From NCBI GenBank assembly GCA_963662465.1, contig OY759599.1, forward strand, positions 2,784,001 to 2,848,000: DNA of 64,000 nucleotides. The letters are read 5' to 3'. The position numbers and the translations under genes are program-made. The DNA comes from Desulfatiglandales bacterium. GTDB lineage: Bacteria; Desulfobacterota; DSM-4660; Desulfatiglandales; Desulfatiglandaceae. Positions 1 through 8,767 of this stretch are shown in pieces (the stretch's first letter is position 1; each line of letters opens with the position of its first letter). The notes beneath the pieces were generated by a model. It ran no database searches. It saw nothing but the letters and a program-made list of their open reading frames with translations, and was not told the DNA's origin.

Positions 1-203
1 TTGGTGTAGGACGGCGGATTGATGGTGTAGTTGGCATCCTGACCGTAAAAGGACTGGCCGGTGCTTGGGCAGGTGATGACGTTGCCGCCAGCATCGTAAC
101 AGGTGGTCTGGCCCGTGTCGGGGACGGGGGCGGCCGGGGCCTGGGTAGCCGTGATCATGAACACCAGAAACAAACCGAACATCCACATCCTCTTTTTTTT
201 CAT
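1..203 (-). CDS. N-terminus of a secreted DUF1566/Lcl-domain-type protein (runs off the window)
   Basis: Manual translation MKKKRMWMFGLFLVFMITATQAPAAPVPDTGQTTCYDAGGNVITCPSTGQSFYGQDANYTINPPSYT: signal peptide plus the PDTGQTxCYD..GQDAxY motif; GGAGGT RBS upstream. Confidence 0.7.
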   Translation of the reverse strand, partial: MKKKRMWMFGLFLVFMITATQAPAAPVPDTGQTTCYDAGGNVITCPSTGQSFYGQDANYTINPPSYT

Positions 204-247
204 CACCGACCTCCTGTCTCTTTTCCACCCTGCATCAGGTGCGACTT

Positions 248-324
248 GTAAGTGCGACTTCAGTCGCACAACCAACCTCCGGAAAACCCATAACCCCCTG
301 CTGTGCGGCTGAAGCCGCACCGAC
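248..324. repeat. REP doublet (REPIN): REP 248-269 and inverted REP 303-324
   Basis: GTAAGTGCGACTTCAGTCGCAC ... GTGCGGCTGAAGCCGCACCGAC; each has an 8-bp stem with a 2-nt loop. Confidence 0.9.
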
Positions 325-358
325 AGTGCAAAAACCGCCGGAACAGGGCAAATACCCT

Positions 359-835
359 TTACAGCCACACCGCATCCCACAACGGATATTCCTCAATCCG
401 TTTCACAAGACCGGCCCGAAGGGGGTTGCCCACGATATACCGGGCCAATTTCCGGACGTCTTCATCTTTCCTGATGGCATGATCATAGAATGCCCGCTGC
501 CACACGTTTCCCTTACGTCCCGGAAGCTGATTCACTCGGCGGCCAGATCGACCCTTCAACAACTGAACCACCCGTGAAAGATCCCCGTGATCCCCCAGCA
601 CCAGCAGCCAATGAAGATGATCGGACATGATCACCCAGGCGACCGATGCCACAAGACCATCTTCGTGCAGGCGCATCATCTCGCGAACCACCGCACGGCC
701 CGCGAACAAATCCCTGAAAACCGGAACCCGCCCCGCCGTTACCGTGGTAACCATATAGCAACAACCCGGTTCCGACCACCGTCCCCGACGCAGTGCGTTG
801 TAGCCGGACGGGTGATTTGGGATGATTTGCTGCAT
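359..835 (-). CDS. REP-associated tyrosine transposase (RAYT, Y1 HUH family)
   Basis: LRRGRWSEPG..YMVTTVT N-terminus, HUH motif MSDHLHWL, WQRAFYDHAIR, catalytic Tyr in RYIVGNP; flanked by REPs; start taken at ATG 835 because the longer ORF runs through a REP. Confidence 0.9.
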   Translation of the reverse strand: MQQIIPNHPSGYNALRRGRWSEPGCCYMVTTVTAGRVPVFRDLFAGRAVVREMMRLHEDGLVASVAWVIMSDHLHWLLVLGDHGDLSRVVQLLKGRSGRRVNQLPGRKGNVWQRAFYDHAIRKDEDVRKLARYIVGNPLRAGLVKRIEEYPLWDAVWL

Positions 836-865
836 TATGGGTTCCGGGTTTTGAAATTTATTGTT

Positions 866-1008
866 GTGCGACTGAAGTCGCACCCACAAACTGCACCTGC
901 AATCGTGCATACGGGTCGCCGGGTAGGTGCGACTTCAGTCGCACAATTTGTACCCCCGATTGCTTTGCACATGAACAGGGTTTGTTGTGCGGCTGAAGCC
1001 GCACCTAC
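866..1008. repeat. Three REPs upstream of the RAYT: 866-887 (inverted), 923-944, 987-1008 (inverted)
   Basis: GTAGGTGCGACTTCAGTCGCAC at 923-944; GTGCGGCTGAAGCCGCACCTAC at 987-1008; GTAG tetranucleotide foot. Confidence 0.92.
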
Positions 1009-1044
1009 CCCCTCTCCGCGTCTCCCTCTCACAAACACGCCCCA

Positions 1045-1290
1045 TCACTCCGCCCGCGCCATCCGTTTCTCTTCCGCCCACACGCGAACCTGCTCCAGGC
1101 TCCCGGCATCCAGAAACCGCTCGGCCAGGTCCTCGATCTCTTCGGTTTTTAAACCAACAAGCATCGAATAAACCAAATCGGGTTTCACCTGAAAACGTTT
1201 GGCAGCCAGACGGACCAACACTTTCATGGTTCCCTGCTGGATTCCCTGCTCGATTCCCTCTTCAATCCATTGTTCCGCCAATGTCGCCAT
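1045..1290 (-). CDS. Putative intragenic in-frame small protein (RpnS-type antitoxin, 81 aa)
   Basis: Internal GAAGGGGGTGATCTT-ATG (SD + ATG at 1290) opening MATLAEQW, the position known for RpnS starts. Confidence 0.6.
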   Translation of the reverse strand: MATLAEQWIEEGIEQGIQQGTMKVLVRLAAKRFQVKPDLVYSMLVGLKTEEIEDLAERFLDAGSLEQVRVWAEEKRMARAE

Positions 1291-2028
1291 AAGATCACCC
1301 CCTTCATCGACAAAAACTTCCTTCAACGCACTGACCAACTCTTCCCGACTCATGTGGCTGCTCCCGCTTGACAGATACCGCAGCGCCGCCTCCAGAAACT
1401 GAAGGGCCGTACGCCGGTCCCCAAAATCTTCCAGCAACCCCAGAAAACCCGGCAGCAGTTTCCCCAGGTCCTCTGAAAATATATGCTTCATCAGGAGAAA
1501 CGTCACCCGCAGCAACACCCCGCCCTTGATCTCCTGATCGCTGTATCGGGAAAGGTCCCAGATCAGATACTCGAAATTCGGCACATGGGGTCTCATGATG
1601 TCGGGCAGGTCTACCAGGTCCTGAAAGGTGGGCTTTACCCGCCATTTGTTCTTCCCATGATACACCACCAGCGGCAGGATTGCCGGAAGCAGTCCCTTTT
1701 TTTCCTGCTTACGGTAGCTTGTCCATATCCGAACCATCGACATCAGAAGATACAGTGCCACTTCCGGGTCCTGATAACTCTTGTGTTCAAAGAGGAAATA
1801 GACGAAGAGCTTCCCCTTTCCCTTGAGTTCCACCTCATACAGCAGATCGGAGAACCGCTCTTCCAGTTCCTCATCCACGAACGTGTCCTTGCTGATTTTC
1901 AGGGTTCCGGGGTTCAGGAGCGCCGCGATCCTGGATGGAATATAATTTTCCACAAAATCACGCGCCACCTCCACCCGCGAAAAGGTTTCCTTGAAAAATC
2001 GGTCATGAGGATTGTTGATGCGTCCCAT
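1045..2028 (-). CDS. Rpn/YhgA-like PD-(D/E)XK nuclease (recombination-promoting nuclease family)
   Basis: NPHDRFFKETFS, SDLLYEV, LFEHKS, LPLVVYHG motifs; C-terminal MATLAEQWIEEGIEQGIQQG repeat. Confidence 0.9.
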   Translation of the reverse strand: MGRINNPHDRFFKETFSRVEVARDFVENYIPSRIAALLNPGTLKISKDTFVDEELEERFSDLLYEVELKGKGKLFVYFLFEHKSYQDPEVALYLLMSMVRIWTSYRKQEKKGLLPAILPLVVYHGKNKWRVKPTFQDLVDLPDIMRPHVPNFEYLIWDLSRYSDQEIKGGVLLRVTFLLMKHIFSEDLGKLLPGFLGLLEDFGDRRTALQFLEAALRYLSSGSSHMSREELVSALKEVFVDEGGDLMATLAEQWIEEGIEQGIQQGTMKVLVRLAAKRFQVKPDLVYSMLVGLKTEEIEDLAERFLDAGSLEQVRVWAEEKRMARAE

Positions 2029-2071
2029 CTTTTACCCCGATGATGCAACGAAAAGGCATCCTGCCTCCATT

Positions 2072-2148
2072 GTAGGTGCGACTTCAGTCGCACAAACCAG
2101 GCCCCCGATAAGAACTCAATTTCATTGTGCGACTGAAGTCGCACCTAC
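2072..2148. repeat. REPIN (REP 2072-2093 + inverted REP 2127-2148)
   Basis: GTAGGTGCGACTTCAGTCGCAC ... GTGCGACTGAAGTCGCACCTAC, perfect 22-bp inverted pair. Confidence 0.93.
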
Positions 2149-2365
2149 CCTTGTTCCGCCAATGTCGCCACAAAATCACCCCCCCCTTCATCCAAAAGAA
2201 TTTCCTTTAACAACAAAAAAATCTCTGCTGGGATATCATGCATCGTTGTGCGGCTAACGTCAACAAGGCAGCGAAACGCTGAGTACATCGGCAGTCTATC
2301 GCTAAATTCTATTTGGGTCAATTATAAATGCTTAAGACTAGGTTTAGGCATCCTTCATTTGAGGA

Positions 2366-3625
2366 TTACCCTGCCCGCAAGATTTTCTTTTCCGTAGGCG
2401 AAAACAGGTAAATATGGCCGAATTCACCATCGTAACCCCCATCCCGAATCACCCTGCCCTTTCTCATCCTCCTGATGGCCTCCGCAAGCAATGGACCGCC
2501 CGACTTTTCTATCCGGCCCAAGGGAATATCCATTAGAATTCGGAGTTCCGGGCCCAGGTCATGGAGCAGCGCCTCGTAATGGGAAATGACCTTTTTGGTG
2601 GCAGGACCGCAATTCAGCAGCTCGGAGAGAACTTCCGTCAAAGGAATCAGGTGGTAAACGTCCCTGGTCAGGACGGGCTTTTCCCGGTCAGCCAGTTCAT
2701 ACACTCGGTTCAGGACTCCCACCGTCATGGACTTGCCGCATACCGGGCAGATAGATCCTCTCTCCCTTGTTTCAAGTGGTTCGCACCTCATCCGGCATTT
2801 CCGGTGCCCGTCCAGGTGGTACTTTCCCGCCTCGGGGTAAAACTCAATGGTTCCCGAGAACCCTTTCGCCCCTTTCATGGCCCCGACCATATGGGGATAA
2901 TCCAATTTTGTATCAAAAAGATTGGCCTCTCGACCCAGTTTCGAGGCGGAGTGAGCATCGGAATTAGAGACCAGTACGTATCCGTCCAAGGCCGAGATGC
3001 GCCGGTTCATGGCAGGGTCGGAGGAAAGGCCCGTTTCGAGACAATGGATGTGAGGCGTGAGGTCCTCGAAGCATTCCTCGATGGTGTCGAAGCCGGATTT
3101 TGATCCGAAGAGGGAAAACCACGGGGTCCAGACGTGAGCCGGTATGAGAAGCGCCCTTTCGCTGACCTCCAGCGTAATTTCCAGGAGGTCATGGGAATCG
3201 AGTCCCAGGATAGGCCGCCCGTCCGAGGTGATATTCCCTATTCGATCAAGCCGTTTCTGAAAACGCGCCACCGCCGGCATATCGGGCATGAGGATGAGGT
3301 GATGCACCTTTCGGGTTTTTCCATTTTTCTTGTAGATGCAGCTGATCTCTCCCGTGAGAAGAAAGCGTGTGACGCCGGGGCAACTGGAAGGGATCTCATT
3401 TTCCATCCTCTTTTCAAGCGCCGGGGCCAACCGAAAAAGCCCCTCCTCCGCCGCCACCAGCTTTTCCCCGAGTTCGGAAGTCCAGGCAGGATGCGTTAAA
3501 TCCCCCGTGCCGATAACGGCAAGTCCTTTTTTCCTTGCCCAGAAAGAGAGTTGCTCAGGATCAAGGCTTTTTGAAGTGGCCCTGGAGTAACGGGAGTGAA
3601 TATGGAGATCAGCAATGAATTTCAT
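2366..3625 (-). CDS. Endonuclease Q family protein (PHP domain + Zn ribbon)
   Basis: MKFIADLHIHSRYSRATS, GTGDLTHP, SNSDAHS, GKYHLDGHRKC..CPVCG, GGYDGEFG; start set at ATG 3625. Confidence 0.85.
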   Translation of the reverse strand: MKFIADLHIHSRYSRATSKSLDPEQLSFWARKKGLAVIGTGDLTHPAWTSELGEKLVAAEEGLFRLAPALEKRMENEIPSSCPGVTRFLLTGEISCIYKKNGKTRKVHHLILMPDMPAVARFQKRLDRIGNITSDGRPILGLDSHDLLEITLEVSERALLIPAHVWTPWFSLFGSKSGFDTIEECFEDLTPHIHCLETGLSSDPAMNRRISALDGYVLVSNSDAHSASKLGREANLFDTKLDYPHMVGAMKGAKGFSGTIEFYPEAGKYHLDGHRKCRMRCEPLETRERGSICPVCGKSMTVGVLNRVYELADREKPVLTRDVYHLIPLTEVLSELLNCGPATKKVISHYEALLHDLGPELRILMDIPLGRIEKSGGPLLAEAIRRMRKGRVIRDGGYDGEFGHIYLFSPTEKKILRAG

Positions 3626-3801
3626 GGCGTCAAAAAAACGACAATATGGCCTTTTACGATGCAGTAACGCCCGTCCGGCCATGGGAATGGCGTTCTTCGA
3701 CGCTCTTTTGCGTTGTATCTTTGATGCCTTTGAGATATCGTAGTGAGCATACTTTAAATTCTGGAATCGTTTATAATATCAGAAAAGAATTGGGGAAAGC
3801 C

Positions 3802-4863
3802 ATGACAAATCCGATAATGGAACACCCGTTTCCAAAATCCACCACCCAGACGGAGAAATGCCGGATGCTGCTGGAAACCGTTTCGTCGGATGACAGTCTG
3901 GGCATCGTCATCAACGCCGATCCTGACGCCATGTCCAGCGCTCTGGCGTTAAAGCGGTTGTTCTGGCGAAAAATCAGGAAAGTAGAGATCCTACATGTCA
4001 ATACCATTGACCGCCCCGATAACCTTGCGCTAATCAGACTGCTCAACATCAAACAACGGCGCATCCGTTCAATGCGCGGTCGAAAGCTCACAAAATGGGC
4101 CATGGTGGATTCCCAACCCAGCCACTATCCCCCCTTTAAGGACTACCCCTTTGACATCATCATAGACCATCATCCCGTGGATATCTCGTCAAAAGCAACT
4201 TTCATGGACATCAGGGCGGACTATGGCGCCAACGCAACCATCATGACCGAGTATCTCAAAAGCATGAAGATAGTCCCATCCGCCAGGCTCGCAACCGCAC
4301 TGTTCTACGGCATCAAAACCGACACCGCCAACTTTGTGAGGGATTCCCTCTCCAACGACATCAATGCCTTCAAATATCTGTATCAATTCGCAAACATGAA
4401 CACCATCAAAAAGATTGAATCTTCCGAGTTAAGCCGTCACACCCTGAAAGATTTTCGTCTTGCCATGGACAGACTGATTTTTGCGGACAACATGGCCTTT
4501 GTGGACATGGGAGAAGTCAAAAATCCAGACACGCTGGTTATTATTGCTGATTTTTTCATGAAGCTGTCGGAAACCGAATGGAGCATCGTCGCGGGCATCC
4601 ATGGCAGAAAGCTGATCGTCATTTTCAGGAATGCGGGTTTCAGGGGCAATGCCGGCAATACGGCAAAAAAGCTTTTCAATTCCTGGGGCGGCTCCGCCGG
4701 CGGACATAAGTCGGCCGCCAGAGGGGAAATACCGCTAAAAGAACTGGAGACCAAAATAGGCGGAAGCGCCGATTTCGGCAAAATAATTCTGGAAAAGCTG
4801 AAAACCTTCAAACGCAAAAGCGTATCATCTGAGAACGAAACTTCCAAAAGGAGTGAATCTTGA
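3802..4863 (+). CDS. DHH family phosphoesterase
   Basis: NADPDA, IIIDHH, GIKTDT, SAGGH motifs; start approximate. Confidence 0.85.
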   Translation: MTNPIMEHPFPKSTTQTEKCRMLLETVSSDDSLGIVINADPDAMSSALALKRLFWRKIRKVEILHVNTIDRPDNLALIRLLNIKQRRIRSMRGRKLTKWAMVDSQPSHYPPFKDYPFDIIIDHHPVDISSKATFMDIRADYGANATIMTEYLKSMKIVPSARLATALFYGIKTDTANFVRDSLSNDINAFKYLYQFANMNTIKKIESSELSRHTLKDFRLAMDRLIFADNMAFVDMGEVKNPDTLVIIADFFMKLSETEWSIVAGIHGRKLIVIFRNAGFRGNAGNTAKKLFNSWGGSAGGHKSAARGEIPLKELETKIGGSADFGKIILEKLKTFKRKSVSSENETSKRSES

Positions 4864-6227
4864 CGGGTTTCAAAACGAGAATTATCGAAGCCAGGCTCAT
4901 TGACGAGGTCAAAGCCCTAATCGAGCAAGGGAAGCTCGATCCGCTCAAAAAGCTGGTTGAAGAAATGCGACCCGCCGATGTGGCGGACCTGATCGAGCAT
5001 TTGGGCGCCGGTGAAAGAATCATCATTTTCCAGCTCCTGGAACCGGAGGGCGCCGGAGACGTACTCGTTGAAATCGAACCACCGGTTCAAGAACGCCTTC
5101 TGCGAGACCTGGACAACAAGGCCATTTCCGACATCGTGGCGGAAATGGATTCAGACGATGCAGCGGATCTGGTGGGGGACCTCCCAGCTGAACGGGCCCA
5201 GGAAATCATCGAGTCCGTCGATGATCACATCTCGGAAGAGATTGAAAAACTGCTCCCCTTTCCTGAAGACACCGCCGGCGGCATCATGGCCCTGGAATTT
5301 CTGGCGGTAAAGGCCGACGTCACGGTAGGAGACGCCATCAAAACCATTCGGGAAAAAGGGCGAGAAATTGAAAACCTCTACTATATCTGGGTCACGGATG
5401 ATTTTCAGAGGCTGGTGGGGGTCATTTCCCTCAAGGATCTGGTTCTCGAATCCGAAGACCGAAAAATCAGCGACATCATGCAACCCGATGTGATCAGCGT
5501 GGGGGTGGACACGGACCAGGAAGAAGTGGCCAATCTCGTCCGGCGATACGACCTGGTCAATATCCCGGTGGTGGACGATTATTTTCGCCTGGTGGGCCGC
5601 ATCACCCATGATGATATTATGGACGTCATCGAAGAAGAGAACGACGAAGATATGTCGCTCATGGCCGGCATTATCGATCAGGAAGTTACCGAGGAATCCA
5701 CCCTCAAAATTTCCAGGGCCAGGCTTCCATGGCTCATTGCGGCGCTTTTCGGCGGCGTTTTCGCGGCGGTCATCATTGATCAGTTTCAAGCCTCCATCAA
5801 GGCAATGATCGCTCTGTCATTCTTTTTCCCCGTAGTCATGGCCATGGGGGGAAACACCGGCACTCAAGCGGCCACGGTAGTGGTCAGGGGGCTTGCAACG
5901 GGAGATATCGGGCTTGTGAATATTGGAAAAAGGCTGTGGATGGAATTGCGGGTAGCCCTCATCAACGGCCTCATCTGCGGCGGCATCCTGGGGTTGATTG
6001 TGGGCTTCTGGGTGAAAGACTACCGACTGGGCCTCATTGTCAATGCGGCCCTCTTTCTCATCATCATAATTTCAGGCTTGATCGGCACCGCGGTTCCCCT
6101 GGCGCTGAAGCGACTCAATGTGGACCCTGCCCTGGCGGCCGGGCCCTTTGTGACCACATCAAACGATGTCTTGAGCCTTCTCATCTACCTGGGTCTGACA
6201 ACCGTTTTCCTTCGTATGACTGTTTGA
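4860..6227 (+). CDS. mgtE: Magnesium transporter MgtE
   Basis: N-domain PADVADL, tandem CBS domains, RLPWL, MGGNTGTQ, DPALAAGPFVTTSND. Confidence 0.95.
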   Translation: MTGFKTRIIEARLIDEVKALIEQGKLDPLKKLVEEMRPADVADLIEHLGAGERIIIFQLLEPEGAGDVLVEIEPPVQERLLRDLDNKAISDIVAEMDSDDAADLVGDLPAERAQEIIESVDDHISEEIEKLLPFPEDTAGGIMALEFLAVKADVTVGDAIKTIREKGREIENLYYIWVTDDFQRLVGVISLKDLVLESEDRKISDIMQPDVISVGVDTDQEEVANLVRRYDLVNIPVVDDYFRLVGRITHDDIMDVIEEENDEDMSLMAGIIDQEVTEESTLKISRARLPWLIAALFGGVFAAVIIDQFQASIKAMIALSFFFPVVMAMGGNTGTQAATVVVRGLATGDIGLVNIGKRLWMELRVALINGLICGGILGLIVGFWVKDYRLGLIVNAALFLIIIISGLIGTAVPLALKRLNVDPALAAGPFVTTSNDVLSLLIYLGLTTVFLRMTV

Positions 6228-8060
6228 CAACCCTTGAAAAATCTTCAAAGCCAGGTCTCGGCTGATTCCCGGCGCCTGACTCAATTCCGCCACCGTTGCC
6301 TTGGAAATTGCATCCAAACTCTTAAAATATTTCAAAACAACCTGTTTCCTTTTCTTTCCGATGCCGGGGATGCCATCCAGGCAACTTCGGGTCAGGTGTT
6401 TAGCTCTCAGGTTTCGATGGTAGGTGATGGCCCTGCGGTGCGCCTCATCCCGGATTCGCATCATCAAAAACAAGACGGGATGATTGGGCTTCAATCTGAC
6501 CGGGTTCTTTCTGCCGGGAATGTAGATTTTGTCGCATTGCTCTCCCAGGCCCTCATTGGGCTTAGCCAGGGAAATCACCTCGGGCAAAGCACCCACCGGC
6601 GCGTCGACAGCGGATTCCGCCTGCTGATCCAGAACGCGTTTGACCGCGGCCAGATGCCCTTTTCCCCCATCCACCAGAAAGAGATCCGGCAAAGGCATTC
6701 TGTTAATGCGCCGACCCACCATTTCAGTCATCATCCCGTAATCATCAATGCCATCGACCTGCTTGATGCGATAATTCAAATAGCTTGAAGGATCCGGTTC
6801 TCCATCTTTAAAGGAAACCACGGTCCCCACGGCCAATCCGCCCTGAAGATTGGAAATATCAAGCCCCTCGATGGTTCGCGGAATCTTTTTAAGATTCAGC
6901 AGAGACCGGGCCGAATCCAGCAGATCTTCCTTTTGGATCACCTGGTAACCCAAAAGCTGGTTTTTCGCGTTGGCCACCGCCATATCGACCCGTTTCTTCT
7001 TTTCCCCCCGTTCAGGATGGTGAAGCATGATCTTTTTTCCCGCCAGATCACAAAGCCATTCCCGCAAAGCAACAGAATCGTCTATGGATTCAGAAATCAA
7101 AATGGTGTTGGGAATAAACACCGGGGCGGAATAATATTGTTTCAAAAACGCTTCCAACACTTCCCACATGGGAACCGTCTGATCTTCAAAAAGAAAACTT
7201 CGGCTTCCGGTCAAATGTCCGCCTCGCACAAAAAGAGCCGCAACCTGGTGCAACGATCCCTTTTGAGCGATACCAATCACGTCCTGATCAATCATGCGAG
7301 GTGAAACCACATGTTGACGTTCCACGGTTCTCTCAATGGCCTGAATCCGATCCCTGATTTCGGCGGCCCTTTCAAAATCCAGGGTTCCAGCCGCTTCTTC
7401 CATCTCCTTTTTCAGGTCTCCCACCAGTTCCCGATTGCGCCCCTCCAGAAAAAGTCGAACCTGTTCCACCATTTTTGCGTACTCTTTTTCAGGAACCTTA
7501 TGCGCACAGGGTCCGAGACAACGGCCCATCTGGAAGTTCAGACAGGGCCGGGTACGTGTTTTCAGCTTTGTCCCCTTGCATTTTCGAAGCTTAAAGGCGC
7601 CGGCAATCACCCGGGTGGTATTGCGTACCGCGTTTGCGGAGGAAAAAGGCCCGAAATAAAGGGCGCCGTCTTTCTTGATTTTCCTGACAATGCCGAGGCG
7701 CGGATAGGGCTCACGAACATCCAGTCTGAGACAGGGGTATTGTTTGTCGTCCCGAAGAATAATGTTGTAACGGGGTTTAAATTTTTTAATCAAATCGTTT
7801 TCAAGGATAAAGGCGTCTTTTTCGGTGAGGGTAAGAATAAACTCCAAGCCTTCCGCCATTTTCATCATTCGAGCGGTTTTAGCGGCGGTATTATCCTGAC
7901 TTCGAAAATAGGAAAGGACCCGCTTTTTGAGATTCTTGGCTTTTCCCACATAGATGACCTTGCCTTGCAAATCCACGAACAGGTACACGCCGGGGTCATC
8001 GGGAAGGACTTTTCGCAACGATTTTGGATCCAGTTCATACCGGACGCGGTCATGGGTCAT
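6159..8060 (-). CDS. uvrC: Excinuclease ABC subunit C
   Basis: GIY-YIG (PGVYLF..IYVGKAKNLKKRV), UVR domain, DISN, DGGKGH, RIRDEAHR, HhH. Confidence 0.97.
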   Translation of the reverse strand: MTHDRVRYELDPKSLRKVLPDDPGVYLFVDLQGKVIYVGKAKNLKKRVLSYFRSQDNTAAKTARMMKMAEGLEFILTLTEKDAFILENDLIKKFKPRYNIILRDDKQYPCLRLDVREPYPRLGIVRKIKKDGALYFGPFSSANAVRNTTRVIAGAFKLRKCKGTKLKTRTRPCLNFQMGRCLGPCAHKVPEKEYAKMVEQVRLFLEGRNRELVGDLKKEMEEAAGTLDFERAAEIRDRIQAIERTVERQHVVSPRMIDQDVIGIAQKGSLHQVAALFVRGGHLTGSRSFLFEDQTVPMWEVLEAFLKQYYSAPVFIPNTILISESIDDSVALREWLCDLAGKKIMLHHPERGEKKKRVDMAVANAKNQLLGYQVIQKEDLLDSARSLLNLKKIPRTIEGLDISNLQGGLAVGTVVSFKDGEPDPSSYLNYRIKQVDGIDDYGMMTEMVGRRINRMPLPDLFLVDGGKGHLAAVKRVLDQQAESAVDAPVGALPEVISLAKPNEGLGEQCDKIYIPGRKNPVRLKPNHPVLFLMMRIRDEAHRRAITYHRNLRAKHLTRSCLDGIPGIGKKRKQVVLKYFKSLDAISKATVAELSQAPGISRDLALKIFQGLSNSHTKENGCQTQVDEKAQDIV

Positions 8061-8065
8061 GTTTC

Positions 8066-8653
8066 TTAAATATCATCCCATCGGGTCTGAAGGCGTTTGG
8101 TTAAAATCACCAGGTTGTGCGGGTAATCCTCCATATCCAGCACATGATCCTTCAAAATCGCCCGTTCAACGAAATCCAACTTTTTCACGCCATGAATCAC
8201 CGAAATATCCCGATCTTCAATGAGCTGCATCACCAGGATTTTCAATCCGATGTCCATGGCCAGGTTGATCAGGTCCAAGAGCATCCATGTTCCCAGTTTT
8301 TTTTCCCGCATAACCGGATCCACGGCAACCCGGATTTTACCGATGTGCTTTTTGGCCCCATATCCCTTCATCATCAGTACGGCATTGGCAACCGCCCGGC
8401 CTTCCAGAAAGGCGACGATGGAAACCACCCGCTTCAAATTGAGGTTCCGAATCCACCCGTCAATCAGCTCCGGATCATTGACATCATGATTTAAAAACCA
8501 CAACTCGTCCCGGGGAAATCGGTGGAACATCTGGAAAAGCGCCTCGTGGTCGCCATCTTTCAAAGGCCTCAGGGTAACACCGGTGCCATCCTTAAGGATC
8601 ACCTCTTTGGGATAATCTTTCAGTACCCTTTCAAGGGCGCGTTGCCGTTCCAT
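8066..8653 (-). CDS. GNAT family acetyltransferase
   Basis: YPKEVILKDGTGVTLRPL N-terminus and VDPVMREKKLGT motif A. Confidence 0.75.
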   Translation of the reverse strand: MERQRALERVLKDYPKEVILKDGTGVTLRPLKDGDHEALFQMFHRFPRDELWFLNHDVNDPELIDGWIRNLNLKRVVSIVAFLEGRAVANAVLMMKGYGAKKHIGKIRVAVDPVMREKKLGTWMLLDLINLAMDIGLKILVMQLIEDRDISVIHGVKKLDFVERAILKDHVLDMEDYPHNLVILTKRLQTRWDDI

Positions 8654-8767
8654 TTTCCACCTTTTAAATTTTTCAAAAAAGTTGCATCCATTCAAGGTAA
8701 ATGATAGAACCTCCCGGAGTCAAGATTATACTTTTTCAAAACTGGGTTTGAATAAACAAAACATGAC

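Noticed and set aside
248..2148. Seven 22-nt palindromic repeats as a CRISPR array
   Set aside because: They occur in both orientations, are irregularly spaced, flank a RAYT, and no cas genes are present: these are REPs
6159..6227. Convergent overlap of the mgtE and uvrC 3' ends
   Set aside because: Short tail overlaps of convergent genes are common; no sign of function
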